Shown in pieces: positions 8,455 to 18,894 of a DNA stretch of 32,000 bases. Position numbers and translations under genes: made by a program. The notes under the pieces were generated by a model. It was not told the DNA's origin. It did no database searches and saw only the letters and a program-made list of their open reading frames with translations. Within the stretch, counting starts at the first letter, position 1; each line of letters opens with the position of its first letter. This stretch comes from Acinetobacter wanghuae (GTDB lineage: Bacteria > Pseudomonadota > Gammaproteobacteria > Pseudomonadales > Moraxellaceae), in assembly GCF_009557235.1 (NCBI RefSeq), contig NZ_CP045650.1:750001-782000 (forward strand), in the 5' to 3' direction.

Positions 8455-8855
8455 TATAATCTTTTTCCTGTTTTACAGTTTACTCGCTTTATATCTTTAA
8501 TTTCTTCTTCTGAGCAGTCAGGTAGCTGTATGATTGTATCGTATGATTGTATCAGTGAAGGTATAAGGACAATATTGTCTTCGCATAATAAAGAATCTAA
8601 AAGATCTTTAATATCTTTAGGTAGATAACTTGTTAATGCTGTTGTAGACCAAACACCTATTACGTACTGAGAGGCTCTAACATTTCTAATAATTATATCT
8701 TTAAAGGATGTTAGATCTCTGTCAATTACAATTATTAAGTAATTGGTTTTTTCTTGAATTAGCTCATTATATTGAACTTCTTTGAGAGCTAAATTCAGTG
8801 TAGATAGAGTTTTTTGTTTAACTGTAGAATTACTGTCTGATATCAAGTAAGACAT
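8454..8855 (-). CDS. Hypothetical protein (133 aa), first gene of the islet operon
   Basis: ATG at 8855 with agga about 12 nt upstream. The stop overlaps the next start (TAATG at 8452-8456). An alternating beta/alpha-like pattern (NYLIIVIDRD / QYVIGVWSTT / NIVLIPSLIQ) suggests a small alpha/beta fold. No family recognised. Confidence 0.6.
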   Translation of the reverse strand: MSYLISDSNSTVKQKTLSTLNLALKEVQYNELIQEKTNYLIIVIDRDLTSFKDIIIRNVRASQYVIGVWSTTALTSYLPKDIKDLLDSLLCEDNIVLIPSLIQSYDTIIQLPDCSEEEIKDIKRVNCKTGKRL

Positions 8856-8923
8856 GAAATTATATATTCCTGTTTTATTATGCTTAGATAATTTAAATGT
8901 ATCACATTTGTTTTTATATTGTA

Positions 8924-8956
8924 TAAAAAACCCGCTCTAAAGCGGGTTTTCTTTTT
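8924..8956 (-). terminator. Rho-independent terminator after gatB
   Basis: Stem cccgct (8931-8936) / agcggg (8941-8946), extended by flanking A/T pairs. On the minus strand it is followed by tttttt. Confidence 0.75.
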
Positions 8957-8970
8957 CAGAATTGATCAGA

Positions 8971-10461
8971 TCAACCAATCAATTTCTTCATCAATTCATT
9001 CACTTGAGCAGGGTTGGCTTTACCACGTGATGCTTTCATCACTTGCCCTACAAGACCGTTGAAAGCTTTCTCTTTACCAGATTTATACTCTTCAACCATC
9101 TTCTCGTTGGCAGCAAGCACGTCTTTAATAATTGCTTCAATTGCGCCTGTATCAGTTTCCTGTTTCAAGCCTTTTTCCGCAATAATCTCGTCCGCAGTTT
9201 TACCTTCTTCCCACATAAAGCCAAACACTTGTTTCGCGATCTTACCGCTAATCGTGTTATCCACAATGCGCGCAATCATACCGCCAAGTTTTTCCGCAGA
9301 TACAGGAGAATCAGTCAATTCTAAGCCTGCTTTATTTAAAGCACCTGAGAATTCACCCATCACCCAGTTAGCCGCAATCTTACCTTGTGCAGCACCGCCA
9401 GCAGCTTTCACGACAACTTCATAGAAGTCTGAAAGTTCACGAGTCAACGTTAAAACGTGAGCATCGTATTCAGTCACACCAAAGTCCGCCACGAAACGTT
9501 CACGACGTGCTTTTGGTAACTCAGGCATCGTTGCTTTAATCGCTTCGATTTGCTCATCTGCAATAATGACAGGCAAAAGATCAGGGTCAGGGAAGTAGCG
9601 GTAATCGTTCGCTTCTTCTTTCGAACGCATTGAACGCGTTTCCATCTTCACAGGGTCGAACAAACGAGTTTCTTGGTCGATTTTACCGCCATCTTCCAAG
9701 ATTTCCATTTGACGTTCAATTTCAACATTGATCGCCTGTTCAATGAAACGGAATGAGTTCAAGTTTTTAAGCTCACAACGTGTACCGAATTCTTCACCCG
9801 GACGACGCAATGACACGTTACAGTCACAACGGAATGAACCTTCCGCCATGTTACCGTCAGAGATGCCTAACCAACGCACCAAGGTATGAATCGCTTTAAT
9901 ATAAGCAACCGCTTCTTCAACCGAACGCATATCTGGTTCAGATACAATTTCTAACAGCGGTGTGCCTGCACGGTTTAAGTCGATGCCTGACATGCCTTCA
10001 AATTGGTCATGAATCGATTTACCTGCATCTTCCTCTAAATGAGCACGTGTCACGCCAATGCGTTTAATGCCATCTTCAAGTTGAATGTCGATATGACCCA
10101 AGCCCACAATTGGGTTGTCCATTTGGCTAATTTGATAGCCTTTTGGAGAGTCAGGATAGAAATAGTTTTTACGTGCAAATACAGAAGCTTGGTCGATATA
10201 CGCATCAATACCCAAACCAAATCGAATCGCAAGATCAACCACTTCTTTGTTGAGTACAGGCAACACGCCCGGCATTGCCAAATCAACAAGGCTTGCTTGG
10301 GTATTTGGATCATTACCAAAAACAGTCGATGAACCTGAGAAAATTTTGGTATTGGTGGCAAGCTGAGTGTGAATCTCGATACCAATAACTACTTCCCAAC
10401 CATCAATCAGGTTAGATTTTGGTTTAGCCGCTTTTGTAGCATTGTTTTGAGCTTGAGCCAT
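8971..10461 (-). CDS. gatB: Asp-tRNA(Asn)/Glu-tRNA(Gln) amidotransferase subunit B
   Basis: Full-length GatB-like sequence ([14 protein letters not shown]..., [22 protein letters not shown]-terminal GatB/YqeY-like tail). The start overlaps the gatA stop (TAATG). Confidence 0.97.
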   Translation of the reverse strand: MAQAQNNATKAAKPKSNLIDGWEVVIGIEIHTQLATNTKIFSGSSTVFGNDPNTQASLVDLAMPGVLPVLNKEVVDLAIRFGLGIDAYIDQASVFARKNYFYPDSPKGYQISQMDNPIVGLGHIDIQLEDGIKRIGVTRAHLEEDAGKSIHDQFEGMSGIDLNRAGTPLLEIVSEPDMRSVEEAVAYIKAIHTLVRWLGISDGNMAEGSFRCDCNVSLRRPGEEFGTRCELKNLNSFRFIEQAINVEIERQMEILEDGGKIDQETRLFDPVKMETRSMRSKEEANDYRYFPDPDLLPVIIADEQIEAIKATMPELPKARRERFVADFGVTEYDAHVLTLTRELSDFYEVVVKAAGGAAQGKIAANWVMGEFSGALNKAGLELTDSPVSAEKLGGMIARIVDNTISGKIAKQVFGFMWEEGKTADEIIAEKGLKQETDTGAIEAIIKDVLAANEKMVEEYKSGKEKAFNGLVGQVMKASRGKANPAQVNELMKKLIG

Positions 10462-11939
10462 TATGCATTCTCCTCAGCAATTGCAGCGCGTTTGGTGTGC
10501 CAATCTGTTGCTTGTTGATACTGATGAACCACAGACAACAATTGTGATTCTGACCAGTAGTTACCAATCAACTGTAAGCCAACCGGTAAGTTGTCTTGGT
10601 CAAAACCAACAGGCGCGTTAATTGCAGGCAGACCTGCCAAGTTCACCGCGATGGTGTAAATGTCACCCAAGTACATTTCAACAGGAGAAAGGTTGGCACC
10701 AATCTTATACGCTGTTGTTGGTGCAGCAGGGGCAGCAATGACGTCTACAGATTCAAATGCTTTTAAGAAGTCTTGTTGAATCAAACGACGTACTTTTTGT
10801 GCTTTCACATAGTACGCATCGTAGTAACCCGCAGACAATGCGTATGTACCAATCAAGATACGACGTTGCACTTCTTTACCGAAACCTTCTGAACGTGAAC
10901 GTTTGTACAAGTCCATCAAATCCACAGGATTTTCTGCACGGTAGCCATAACGCACGCCGTCAAAACGTGACAAGTTAGATGATGCTTCAGCAGGTGCGAT
11001 CAAGTAGTAAGTCGGAACGTAGCTTTCTGTCATGTTGAGGTCAATCTCAACCAACGTTGCGCCCATGTCTTCCAATTTTTTCAATGATTCTTCAACACGC
11101 GCTTTAACGTCCGCAGATAAACCTTCAACGTTGAAATATTGTTTTGGAATACCAATGCGTAAACCTTTTACAGATGTGCCGTTCAAGTTCGCAACGTAGT
11201 CATCTACTTCTTTGTTGACTGAAGTTGAGTCTTTCGCGTCATGACCTGCCATCACGTTCATCAGGTACGCACAGTCTTCCGCAGAGCGTGCCATTGGGCC
11301 GCCTTGATCCAATGATGATGCATAAGCAATCATACCGAAACGCGATACACGACCGTATGTTGGTTTTAAGCCTGTAAGACCACAGAATGACGCAGGTTGA
11401 CGGATTGAACCACCTGTATCTGTACCTGTTGCAAAGGGAGCCAAATCAGCTGCTACAGCCGCAGCAGAACCACCTGATGAACCACCCGGTACATGGCTTA
11501 AGTTCCATGGGTTTGCAGTTGCGCCGTAATATGAGTTCTCAGACGTTGAACCCATCGCGAATTCGTCCATGTTCACTTTACCAAGTGTCACAAGACCTGC
11601 TGTTTTACCTTTGGCAACCACAGTCGCATCATAAGGTGAAACAAAGTTGTCGAGCATTTTTGAACCGGCAGTCGTTTTAATACCTTGGGTACAGAAAATG
11701 TCTTTATGCGCAATTGGCACACCTGTGAGTACATTTGCGCCACCTGCTTGACGAAGTGCGTCTGCCGCATCAGCTTCTGCTAATGCCAATTCAGGCGTAA
11801 CGGTGACAAATGATTTAACTTGCGCATCAATTTTAGCAATACGGTTTAAATAGTGTTCAGTCAATTCGCGTGAAGAAAATTGAGCGTTTGCCAAACCTTC
11901 AGTCATTTCACGAATCGATAAGCGATGTAAATCTGTCAT
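10461..11939 (-). CDS. gatA: Asp-tRNA(Asn)/Glu-tRNA(Gln) amidotransferase subunit A (amidase signature)
   Basis: Amidase signature [13 protein letters not shown]...[16 protein letters not shown]. Operon position between gatC and gatB. Confidence 0.97.
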   Translation of the reverse strand: MTDLHRLSIREMTEGLANAQFSSRELTEHYLNRIAKIDAQVKSFVTVTPELALAEADAADALRQAGGANVLTGVPIAHKDIFCTQGIKTTAGSKMLDNFVSPYDATVVAKGKTAGLVTLGKVNMDEFAMGSTSENSYYGATANPWNLSHVPGGSSGGSAAAVAADLAPFATGTDTGGSIRQPASFCGLTGLKPTYGRVSRFGMIAYASSLDQGGPMARSAEDCAYLMNVMAGHDAKDSTSVNKEVDDYVANLNGTSVKGLRIGIPKQYFNVEGLSADVKARVEESLKKLEDMGATLVEIDLNMTESYVPTYYLIAPAEASSNLSRFDGVRYGYRAENPVDLMDLYKRSRSEGFGKEVQRRILIGTYALSAGYYDAYYVKAQKVRRLIQQDFLKAFESVDVIAAPAAPTTAYKIGANLSPVEMYLGDIYTIAVNLAGLPAINAPVGFDQDNLPVGLQLIGNYWSESQLLSVVHQYQQATDWHTKRAAIAEENA

Positions 11940-11990
11940 GAGAAATAATTCTTTACGTTTAATTTAAAAAAAGTTTCAACTGAATAACAA

Positions 11991-12305
11991 TTACTCAATC
12001 ACACGTGGTACAAGGTACAAGCCTGCTTCCGTTGCAGGTGCAACTGCTTGGTACTGTTCACGATGGTTGGTTTCAGACACGACATCTTCACGTAGGGGCT
12101 GTGGATTGTCGAAAGGGCTCTTAAGTGGCTCAACACCGTCGGTATTAATGCCTTTCAATGTTTCCATCATGCCTAAAATTTTATTTAAACTTTGAGCATA
12201 TTCAGCAGATTGCGTATCATCAAGAGATAACCTTGCAAGGTGAGCAATGGCTGAAACTGTTTCTGCATTTAAATCTGCAGAATGCTGTGCATCCGATGTA
12301 GACAT
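11991..12305 (-). CDS. gatC: Asp-tRNA(Asn)/Glu-tRNA(Gln) amidotransferase subunit C
   Basis: About 100-aa protein containing IAHLARLSL...LREDVV, typical of GatC. Sits upstream of gatA. Confidence 0.92.
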   Translation of the reverse strand: MSTSDAQHSADLNAETVSAIAHLARLSLDDTQSAEYAQSLNKILGMMETLKGINTDGVEPLKSPFDNPQPLREDVVSETNHREQYQAVAPATEAGLYLVPRVIE

Positions 12306-12358
12306 AATATTACCTAATCAGTATTAAAAAAAATTCAAATTATCATGCCTTATGATAA

Positions 12359-13486
<1,128 letters not shown>

Positions 13487-13502
13487 GAAAAGGACGCGGC
13501 GG

Positions 13503-14360
13503 GTGCAAGCACATCTGTTTTCAAGACAACCGCCATCTTTTCGCTCCTTCATCATAGCGTTGGTTGCATGTTTCGTGGTGCTCTTCTTCGATTGGCGCAT
13601 GCCACATGTGATTCAACCTGCAAGGGATGTCCTGTACGCGGCATATAATCCAATTTATGCCGTGGCAAGTTATCCTGTGTTGTCGCGAGAATGGCTGACA
13701 CAACAAACCAAGTCTGAAGCGCAACTGCGTCGTGAAAATACCGCGATGCAAGCTGAACTTTTACAGGCTCAGGTACGTCTACAAAAAATTTCTGAACTTT
13801 CTGCTGAAAACACACGCTTACGTGGATTATTGGACACGCCTTTAATTATTGATGGTCGTATGGAAATTGCTGAAGTCATTGGGACAGATGCCGATCCATT
13901 GCGTCATATTATTGTAATTAACCGCGGTTCTAACAGTCAGTTGCGTGTTGGACAAACCGTCCTTGATGACAAAGGGATCATGGGGCAGGTGATTAACGTC
14001 TATCCACATAGTAGCCGTGTCATGTTGCTGTCGGACAAAGAGCATTCTTTATCGGTTCGTTTAGAGCATACGGGCATGCGTGCTATTGTCACGGGAACTG
14101 GTGATTTAGGTCGACTGAAAATGGAATACGTGCCAACCAGTGCCAATATTAAAGTGGGTGAAAAAGTTTATAGCTCAGGTTTAGGTCAGCATTTCCCTGC
14201 GGGCTACTTTGTGGGTACTGTATCGAAAGTTCAGCGTCATAATTCTGGTGAATTTGCCCAAATTGATGTTATTCCTGCAGCACAGCTTGCCGGTGGTCAT
14301 CATGTGGTGGTGTTATTTTCAGATTCATTAGCGATGGAGCAACCGCATGTCGATCGCTAA
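13503..14360 (+). CDS. mreC: Rod-shape-determining protein MreC
   Basis: GTG start with agga about 8 nt upstream. N-terminal TM segment, a coiled-coil (LRRENTAMQAELLQAQVRLQKISELSAENTRLRGLL) and a beta-rich C-terminal domain. Position after mreB. Confidence 0.9.
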   Translation: MQAHLFSRQPPSFRSFIIALVACFVVLFFDWRMPHVIQPARDVLYAAYNPIYAVASYPVLSREWLTQQTKSEAQLRRENTAMQAELLQAQVRLQKISELSAENTRLRGLLDTPLIIDGRMEIAEVIGTDADPLRHIIVINRGSNSQLRVGQTVLDDKGIMGQVINVYPHSSRVMLLSDKEHSLSVRLEHTGMRAIVTGTGDLGRLKMEYVPTSANIKVGEKVYSSGLGQHFPAGYFVGTVSKVQRHNSGEFAQIDVIPAAQLAGGHHVVVLFSDSLAMEQPHVDR

Positions 14361-14838
14361 AATGAGATCCAACCGTCAACGTGATCCTTTATTTGCCATT
14401 ATTATTTCCGTCGTACTGGCATCCATGTTGATGGTTTATCCCTTGTCCTATTCAACGTCGGGTTGGCGTCCGCTATTTATGCTGATGGTCATGCTATTTT
14501 GGGTGCTGTGTCAGCCAACATGGTGTGGTATTTGGTTTGCATTTGGTACAGGTATTTTTGCGGATCTACTACTCGATGCACCGCTTGGCTTAAATGCCTT
14601 AAGCTTCACCATCATTGCTTTTGCAGCGCGCTTTTTAACCCGTGAACGCCGTATTTTAACCTTTGCTAATATTTGGATCATTACGATTTTGGCAATGGTT
14701 GTGCATTTAATGATTTTATTTTTTGCACAAGTCTTTAGCGGCGTTCAGTTCTCATTCCCACGCCATTGGTTACCCTTAATTACAAGTGTCACCATTTGGC
14801 CTGTTCTTTATTATATGTTGCGCAAATGGCGCATATAA
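14347..14838 (+). CDS. mreD: Rod-shape-determining protein MreD
   Basis: Polytopic membrane protein of 163 aa overlapping the mreC stop by 14 nt. Conserved operon position. Confidence 0.85.
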   Translation: MSIAKMRSNRQRDPLFAIIISVVLASMLMVYPLSYSTSGWRPLFMLMVMLFWVLCQPTWCGIWFAFGTGIFADLLLDAPLGLNALSFTIIAFAARFLTRERRILTFANIWIITILAMVVHLMILFFAQVFSGVQFSFPRHWLPLITSVTIWPVLYYMLRKWRI

Positions 14839-15392
14839 TTCTCGCCTCTAGTTCACCGCGTCGACGTGAACTGCTCGCACAGCTTGGACTCGAATTTGAT
14901 ATTCTGAGTCCAGATATTGATGAATCTGTTCAAGCCGGTGAATCGGTTGCAGCGTATGTTGAACGTCTCGCACGTGCTAAAGCCGATGCCGTTGCAACGC
15001 AGTATCCCGATGCGATTATCATTGCGGCGGATACCAGTCTCGGTGTCGATGGTGAGATTTTAGGCAAACCTGAATCAAAACAACATGCTTTTGCTATGTG
15101 GCGACGTATTTCTGGTCGTCAGCATGATGTATATAGTGGTGTTTGCATTCTTTCAAAAAATGAAAAATACAGTATAGTAGTTCGAACGCAGGTACATTTC
15201 CAAGCATTAAGCTTAGATGACATGGAATGTTATTGGGCAACAGGTGAGCCGATTGGAAAAGCTGGGGCGTATGCCATTCAAGGCATCGCAGCGCGCTATA
15301 TTCCCAAAATTGAAGGCAGTTATTCCAACGTTGTTGGTTTGCCACTTTATGAAACCGTACAGTTATTACAGACAGTTAAGGCACTAAATTAA
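14826..15392 (+). CDS. maf: Maf-family nucleoside triphosphate pyrophosphatase (YhdE-like)
   Basis: The ATG at 14826 gives MAHIILASSSPRRRELLAQLGLEF...GKAGAYAIQG...SNVVGLPL, matching Maf/YhdE. Overlaps the mreD end by 13 nt. The track ORF start at 14766 lies inside mreD. Confidence 0.9.
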   Translation: MAHIILASSSPRRRELLAQLGLEFDILSPDIDESVQAGESVAAYVERLARAKADAVATQYPDAIIIAADTSLGVDGEILGKPESKQHAFAMWRRISGRQHDVYSGVCILSKNEKYSIVVRTQVHFQALSLDDMECYWATGEPIGKAGAYAIQGIAARYIPKIEGSYSNVVGLPLYETVQLLQTVKALN

Positions 15393-15436
15393 CTGCTGAT
15401 TAAAAAAATTAATTTTAAAATGTTTTGAGTGTAGTT

Positions 15437-16891
15437 ATGTCTAATGAGTTGTTGATTAATGTCACACCGACCGAATGTCGGGTGGCGTTGATTGAAAACG
15501 GTACGGTGAACGAGTTGTTCGTCGAGCGTAGTGCCAAACGTGGTTTAGTGGGTAATGTGTATAAAGGAAAAGTCGTACGTGTACTTCCGGGTATGCAAGC
15601 GGCTTTTGTTGATATTGGCCTTTCGAGAACTGCATTTTTACATATCAATGATATGGTCTGGCCACGTAACCAACCGATGCCGAATGTCTTTGAATTACTG
15701 CAACCGGGGCAAGTGCTGACGGTACAGGTCATGAAAGATATGCTCGGCACCAAAGGCGCACGTCTATCCACCGATTTGTCCATTCCTTCACGTTATTTAG
15801 TACTGATGCCGTATGGTAATCATGTCGGTGTGTCGCAGCGTATTGAGTCTGAGGAAGAGCGAGTACGTTTACGTTCCATTATTGAAAATGTGCAAAAGCT
15901 GCATCAGCTGCCCGGTTCTGTCATTGTGCGCACCGCAGCAGAAGGCATTGAAGAAGAAGCCATTGCGCAAGATATGGCGTATTTAGCGAAGCTTTGGGAA
16001 TATATTCAACGTAAACAAAAAAGCATCGCTGTGCCTTCGCTGATTTTTGAAGAATTGCCGTTACCCCAACGTGTCATTCGTGATTTAGCCAATGAGCAGA
16101 CTGCCAAAATTTATGTTGATTCACGTGAAATTCACGGCAAATTAGTCGAGTTTGTTGATGAATTTGTGCCGAACATGAAACAACGTTTGATGCATTATCC
16201 GGGCGAAGCTCCTATTTTTGATTTGTATCATGTCGAAGATGATATTCAAAAAGCACTGCAAACACGTGTTGCACTGAAGTCTGGCGGCTACCTGATGATT
16301 GATCAGACCGAAGCGATGACCACCATTGATGTCAATACTGGTTCATATGTCGGTGGTCGTTCGCTTGAAGATACAGTCTTTAAAACCAATATGGAAGCAA
16401 CCCAAGTCATTGCGCGGCAATTACGCCTACGCAATTTAGGTGGCATCATTATTATTGATTTTATTGACATGCAAGAAGCACAGCACCGTGAAGAGGTTTT
16501 AAATCAGTTTGAAAAGACCTTAGAAGGGGATCACGCTAAGACCAAAATCACTCAAGTCTCTGAACTCGGCTTGGTTGAAATGACGCGTAAACGTACCCGT
16601 GAATCACTTGAGCATTTGCTGTGTGAATCATGTCCAACCTGTCAGGGGCGCGGTTATGTCAAATCTGCCGAGACAGTGTGTTACGAAATATTCCGTGAGA
16701 TTTTGCGTTATGCACGCGCATTTGAATCGCAGACGGGCTTTACCGTAGTCGCTCATCCGCAAGTGATTGATCGATTGCTGACCGCAGAAGCTACAGCAGT
16801 TGCTGATTTGGAGCACTTTATTCAGCGTGTCGTAAAATTCCAAGTCGAAAATTTATACACGCAAGAGCAATACGATATCATTCTCAGCTGA
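15437..16891 (+). CDS. rng: Ribonuclease G
   Basis: The ATG at 15437 gives MSNELLINVTPTECRVALIENG...GNVYKGKVVRVLPGMQAAFVDIG (S1 domain), matching the E. coli Rng N-terminus. The track start is TTG at 15425. Confidence 0.93.
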   Translation: MSNELLINVTPTECRVALIENGTVNELFVERSAKRGLVGNVYKGKVVRVLPGMQAAFVDIGLSRTAFLHINDMVWPRNQPMPNVFELLQPGQVLTVQVMKDMLGTKGARLSTDLSIPSRYLVLMPYGNHVGVSQRIESEEERVRLRSIIENVQKLHQLPGSVIVRTAAEGIEEEAIAQDMAYLAKLWEYIQRKQKSIAVPSLIFEELPLPQRVIRDLANEQTAKIYVDSREIHGKLVEFVDEFVPNMKQRLMHYPGEAPIFDLYHVEDDIQKALQTRVALKSGGYLMIDQTEAMTTIDVNTGSYVGGRSLEDTVFKTNMEATQVIARQLRLRNLGGIIIIDFIDMQEAQHREEVLNQFEKTLEGDHAKTKITQVSELGLVEMTRKRTRESLEHLLCESCPTCQGRGYVKSAETVCYEIFREILRYARAFESQTGFTVVAHPQVIDRLLTAEATAVADLEHFIQRVVKFQVENLYTQEQYDIILS

Positions 16892-17026
16892 AATTGTAAC
16901 AGGATATCGCTAAACACTTGTTACATCTCTGATTTTACATTGAGTGCTGAATTGCGAATACTAGATACATCAAATAGCCAAAGCCAATCTCCCATTATTT
17001 GAGGCTTAGCCAATTAGAGGTGTCCG

Positions 17027-17200
17027 ATGAGTATGAGTAAATCAGTAATCAATAAAGGTCTAAAACACGTATTAGAACCAAAGACCGTACATGCTGGATA
17101 TATTGTAGATGAACGTGGTAATGAAGTTCAGATCACCACTTCCATGGTGCGTCATGTATGTCACCAATTATTAAAGCAATGTCGTACTGTTAAAAATTAA
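17027..17200 (+). CDS. Small hypothetical protein (57 aa), not in the supplied ORF track
   Basis: My translation is MSMSKSVINKGLKHVLEPKTVHAGYIVDERGNEVQITTSMVRHVCHQLLKQCRTVKN. SD agagg (17016-17020) lies 6 nt upstream of the ATG. A strong terminator sits about 33 nt downstream of the stop. Confidence 0.5.
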   Translation: MSMSKSVINKGLKHVLEPKTVHAGYIVDERGNEVQITTSMVRHVCHQLLKQCRTVKN

Positions 17201-17232
17201 TAGCGTATTGAACTAAAAATAAACAAATAAAT

Positions 17233-17262
17233 AAAAGGGACTTCAAATGTCCCTTTTATTTG
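17233..17262. terminator. Bidirectional terminator between the small ORF and atfA
   Basis: Stem aaaagggac (17233-17241) / gtccctttt (17249-17257), with T-rich tracts on both strands. Confidence 0.7.
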
Positions 17263-17341
17263 TTGAGCATGTGAGTGGCAAAAATGCTCAAGGTAATTTT
17301 TTAGTCAATTGCTGTTGGTTGCTCATGACACAATGCGATGT

Positions 17342-18724
17342 CTAACTGACTGCAACCAACTTTGGGGTTTGTTCGCCATCCACAATTTTTTCAAACCGTT
17401 GGATTTCATCTTCTAAATGCCCAAGCAAGTTTTGCATTTTTGGTAGGGCATTGCGACATGCGGTTAAACCCACTTCGAGCTTATCGAGGTAACTGGTCAT
17501 GGTGATGTTCAATGCTTGACCGTCTAACACAATCGATGCAGGGTAAAGCGCTTCTAAACGCGCACCGTTCCAATATAGCGGTTCTTGTGGACCCGGCACA
17601 TTGGAAATCACAAGGTTAAAAGCTTGGCGTTTTGGCATTAAACCAGACGCAATATTCAAACCCGCAGCACCATAAATAAAAGCACTATAGTTTAAAATTT
17701 GGCTCGCATTCATACGTTTAAAGCGTTCTTTGGCATTTAAGACACTACGACGCACAATTTTCAAACGTTCTAAAGGATCATCTTTATGTGTGCCTAAATT
17801 AGCTAAAATCATGGTAATTCGATTAGAGAATTCCGCATCATCTGAACGTACAGAAGCAGGCACCATCGCAATTAAAGGCTTTTTCGGCAGGGCATTTTGG
17901 CTAATTAAATACTCACGTAAAGCACCGGCACAAATCGCGAGCACAATGTCATTAATCGTCACACCCAGTGATTTGGAGATATGGCGTAAACGTGAAAACT
18001 CAAATGATTGTGCTGCAAAACGTCGTGCTGCACTGACACGCTGATTTAAGATTGAACTGGGTGCTTGGAAGCTCGATACATAATCAGGGTTACGTCCCAT
18101 GTCTTTTAATACCGTTTGTGACAACTCGTACATCACGCGTGGCGTTGATTCAAGTTGACCTTTAATGGTCGCTAAAATTCCTTTTACTTTGCTGACTTTA
18201 GGGGCTTTTAAGCGTTTTGCACGCGGACCTTCTACACACCAAGGCGGCACAATACTTTTTGCATTTGGATCATGTGACAATGATTTTTCAACCAAACGCA
18301 TACCTGCAATGCCATCCACCATCGCATGGTGAATTTTAAAATACATGGCAAAACGATTGCCTTCAATCCCTTCAATAATATGACAGGTCCAAAGTGGTTT
18401 AGCACGATCAATTAAGGCACTATGTTCTTGGGAAATATACGTCAAAAGTTCACGAATACGCCCCGGTTTAGGTAAGGCAATATGTCTGAAATGATGATCT
18501 AAATCAAAATGTTCATCTTCATCCCAAAATAGTCCATTTAAATAATTATTAAAAGGTGGGATTGGAACAGATTTTGATTGGCGAATATCGCTGACGAGTT
18601 CTTGAATAAAAGATGCAGGCGCATTATCAGGAATTTGAAATAAAAAAAGTCCGCCCACATGCATAGGCTGCTGCCGTTTCTCGAGCGAGAGAAAAATAAA
18701 GTCAATTGGATGTAATGGACGCAT
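17342..18724 (-). CDS. atfA: Wax ester synthase / acyl-CoA:diacylglycerol acyltransferase (WS/DGAT)
   Basis: MRPLHPIDFIFLSLEKRQQPMHVGGLFLFQIP... and the active-site motif HHAMVDG. Colinear with A. baylyi AtfA as I remember it. Confidence 0.93.
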   Translation of the reverse strand: MRPLHPIDFIFLSLEKRQQPMHVGGLFLFQIPDNAPASFIQELVSDIRQSKSVPIPPFNNYLNGLFWDEDEHFDLDHHFRHIALPKPGRIRELLTYISQEHSALIDRAKPLWTCHIIEGIEGNRFAMYFKIHHAMVDGIAGMRLVEKSLSHDPNAKSIVPPWCVEGPRAKRLKAPKVSKVKGILATIKGQLESTPRVMYELSQTVLKDMGRNPDYVSSFQAPSSILNQRVSAARRFAAQSFEFSRLRHISKSLGVTINDIVLAICAGALREYLISQNALPKKPLIAMVPASVRSDDAEFSNRITMILANLGTHKDDPLERLKIVRRSVLNAKERFKRMNASQILNYSAFIYGAAGLNIASGLMPKRQAFNLVISNVPGPQEPLYWNGARLEALYPASIVLDGQALNITMTSYLDKLEVGLTACRNALPKMQNLLGHLEDEIQRFEKIVDGEQTPKLVAVS

Positions 18725-18855
18725 AGCGTGGATTGCCTCATCGAACTTTCTACGGCTGTTCTTGTTGGAATAGCCTTGTTAGAATTATTAATATTACTGA
18801 TACAAAGTATAGCGATTTTGACACAGAAAGGTACACATTAATGTGTATGCAAAGG

Positions 18856-18886
18856 TTAAAAAAACCACCGTCTAATCGGTGGTTTT
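18856..18886 (-). terminator. Rho-independent terminator after cysH
   Basis: Stem aaaccaccg (18862-18870) / cggtggttt (18877-18885), with a T-run on the minus strand. Confidence 0.7.
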
Positions 18887-18894
18887 AATATTTT

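Larger units (their letters stand above)
6022..8923. other. AT-rich genomic islet (no mobility genes) inserted between the qor-like gene and the gatCAB terminator
   Basis: Hand counts of G+C per 60-nt line give 13 (6061-6120), 15 (7501-7560) and 15 (8581-8640) inside the islet. Flanking lines give 24 (5401-5460, qor) and 30 (9001-9060, gatB). Codon usage is visibly A/T-ending. Confidence 0.65.

Noticed and set aside
9014-10385. Several 93-136 aa ORFs (9014..9424+, 9043..9324+, 10039..10332+, 10050..10385-) inside gatB
   Set aside because: They are antisense or out of frame relative to a full-length, unmistakable gatB. Their sequences are low-complexity or unrecognisable, so they are frame shadows.
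16894-16925. Hairpin tgtaaca/tgttaca after rng as a terminator
   Set aside because: It has only 7 AT-rich bp with a 17-nt loop and a poor T-run, which is too weak to call.
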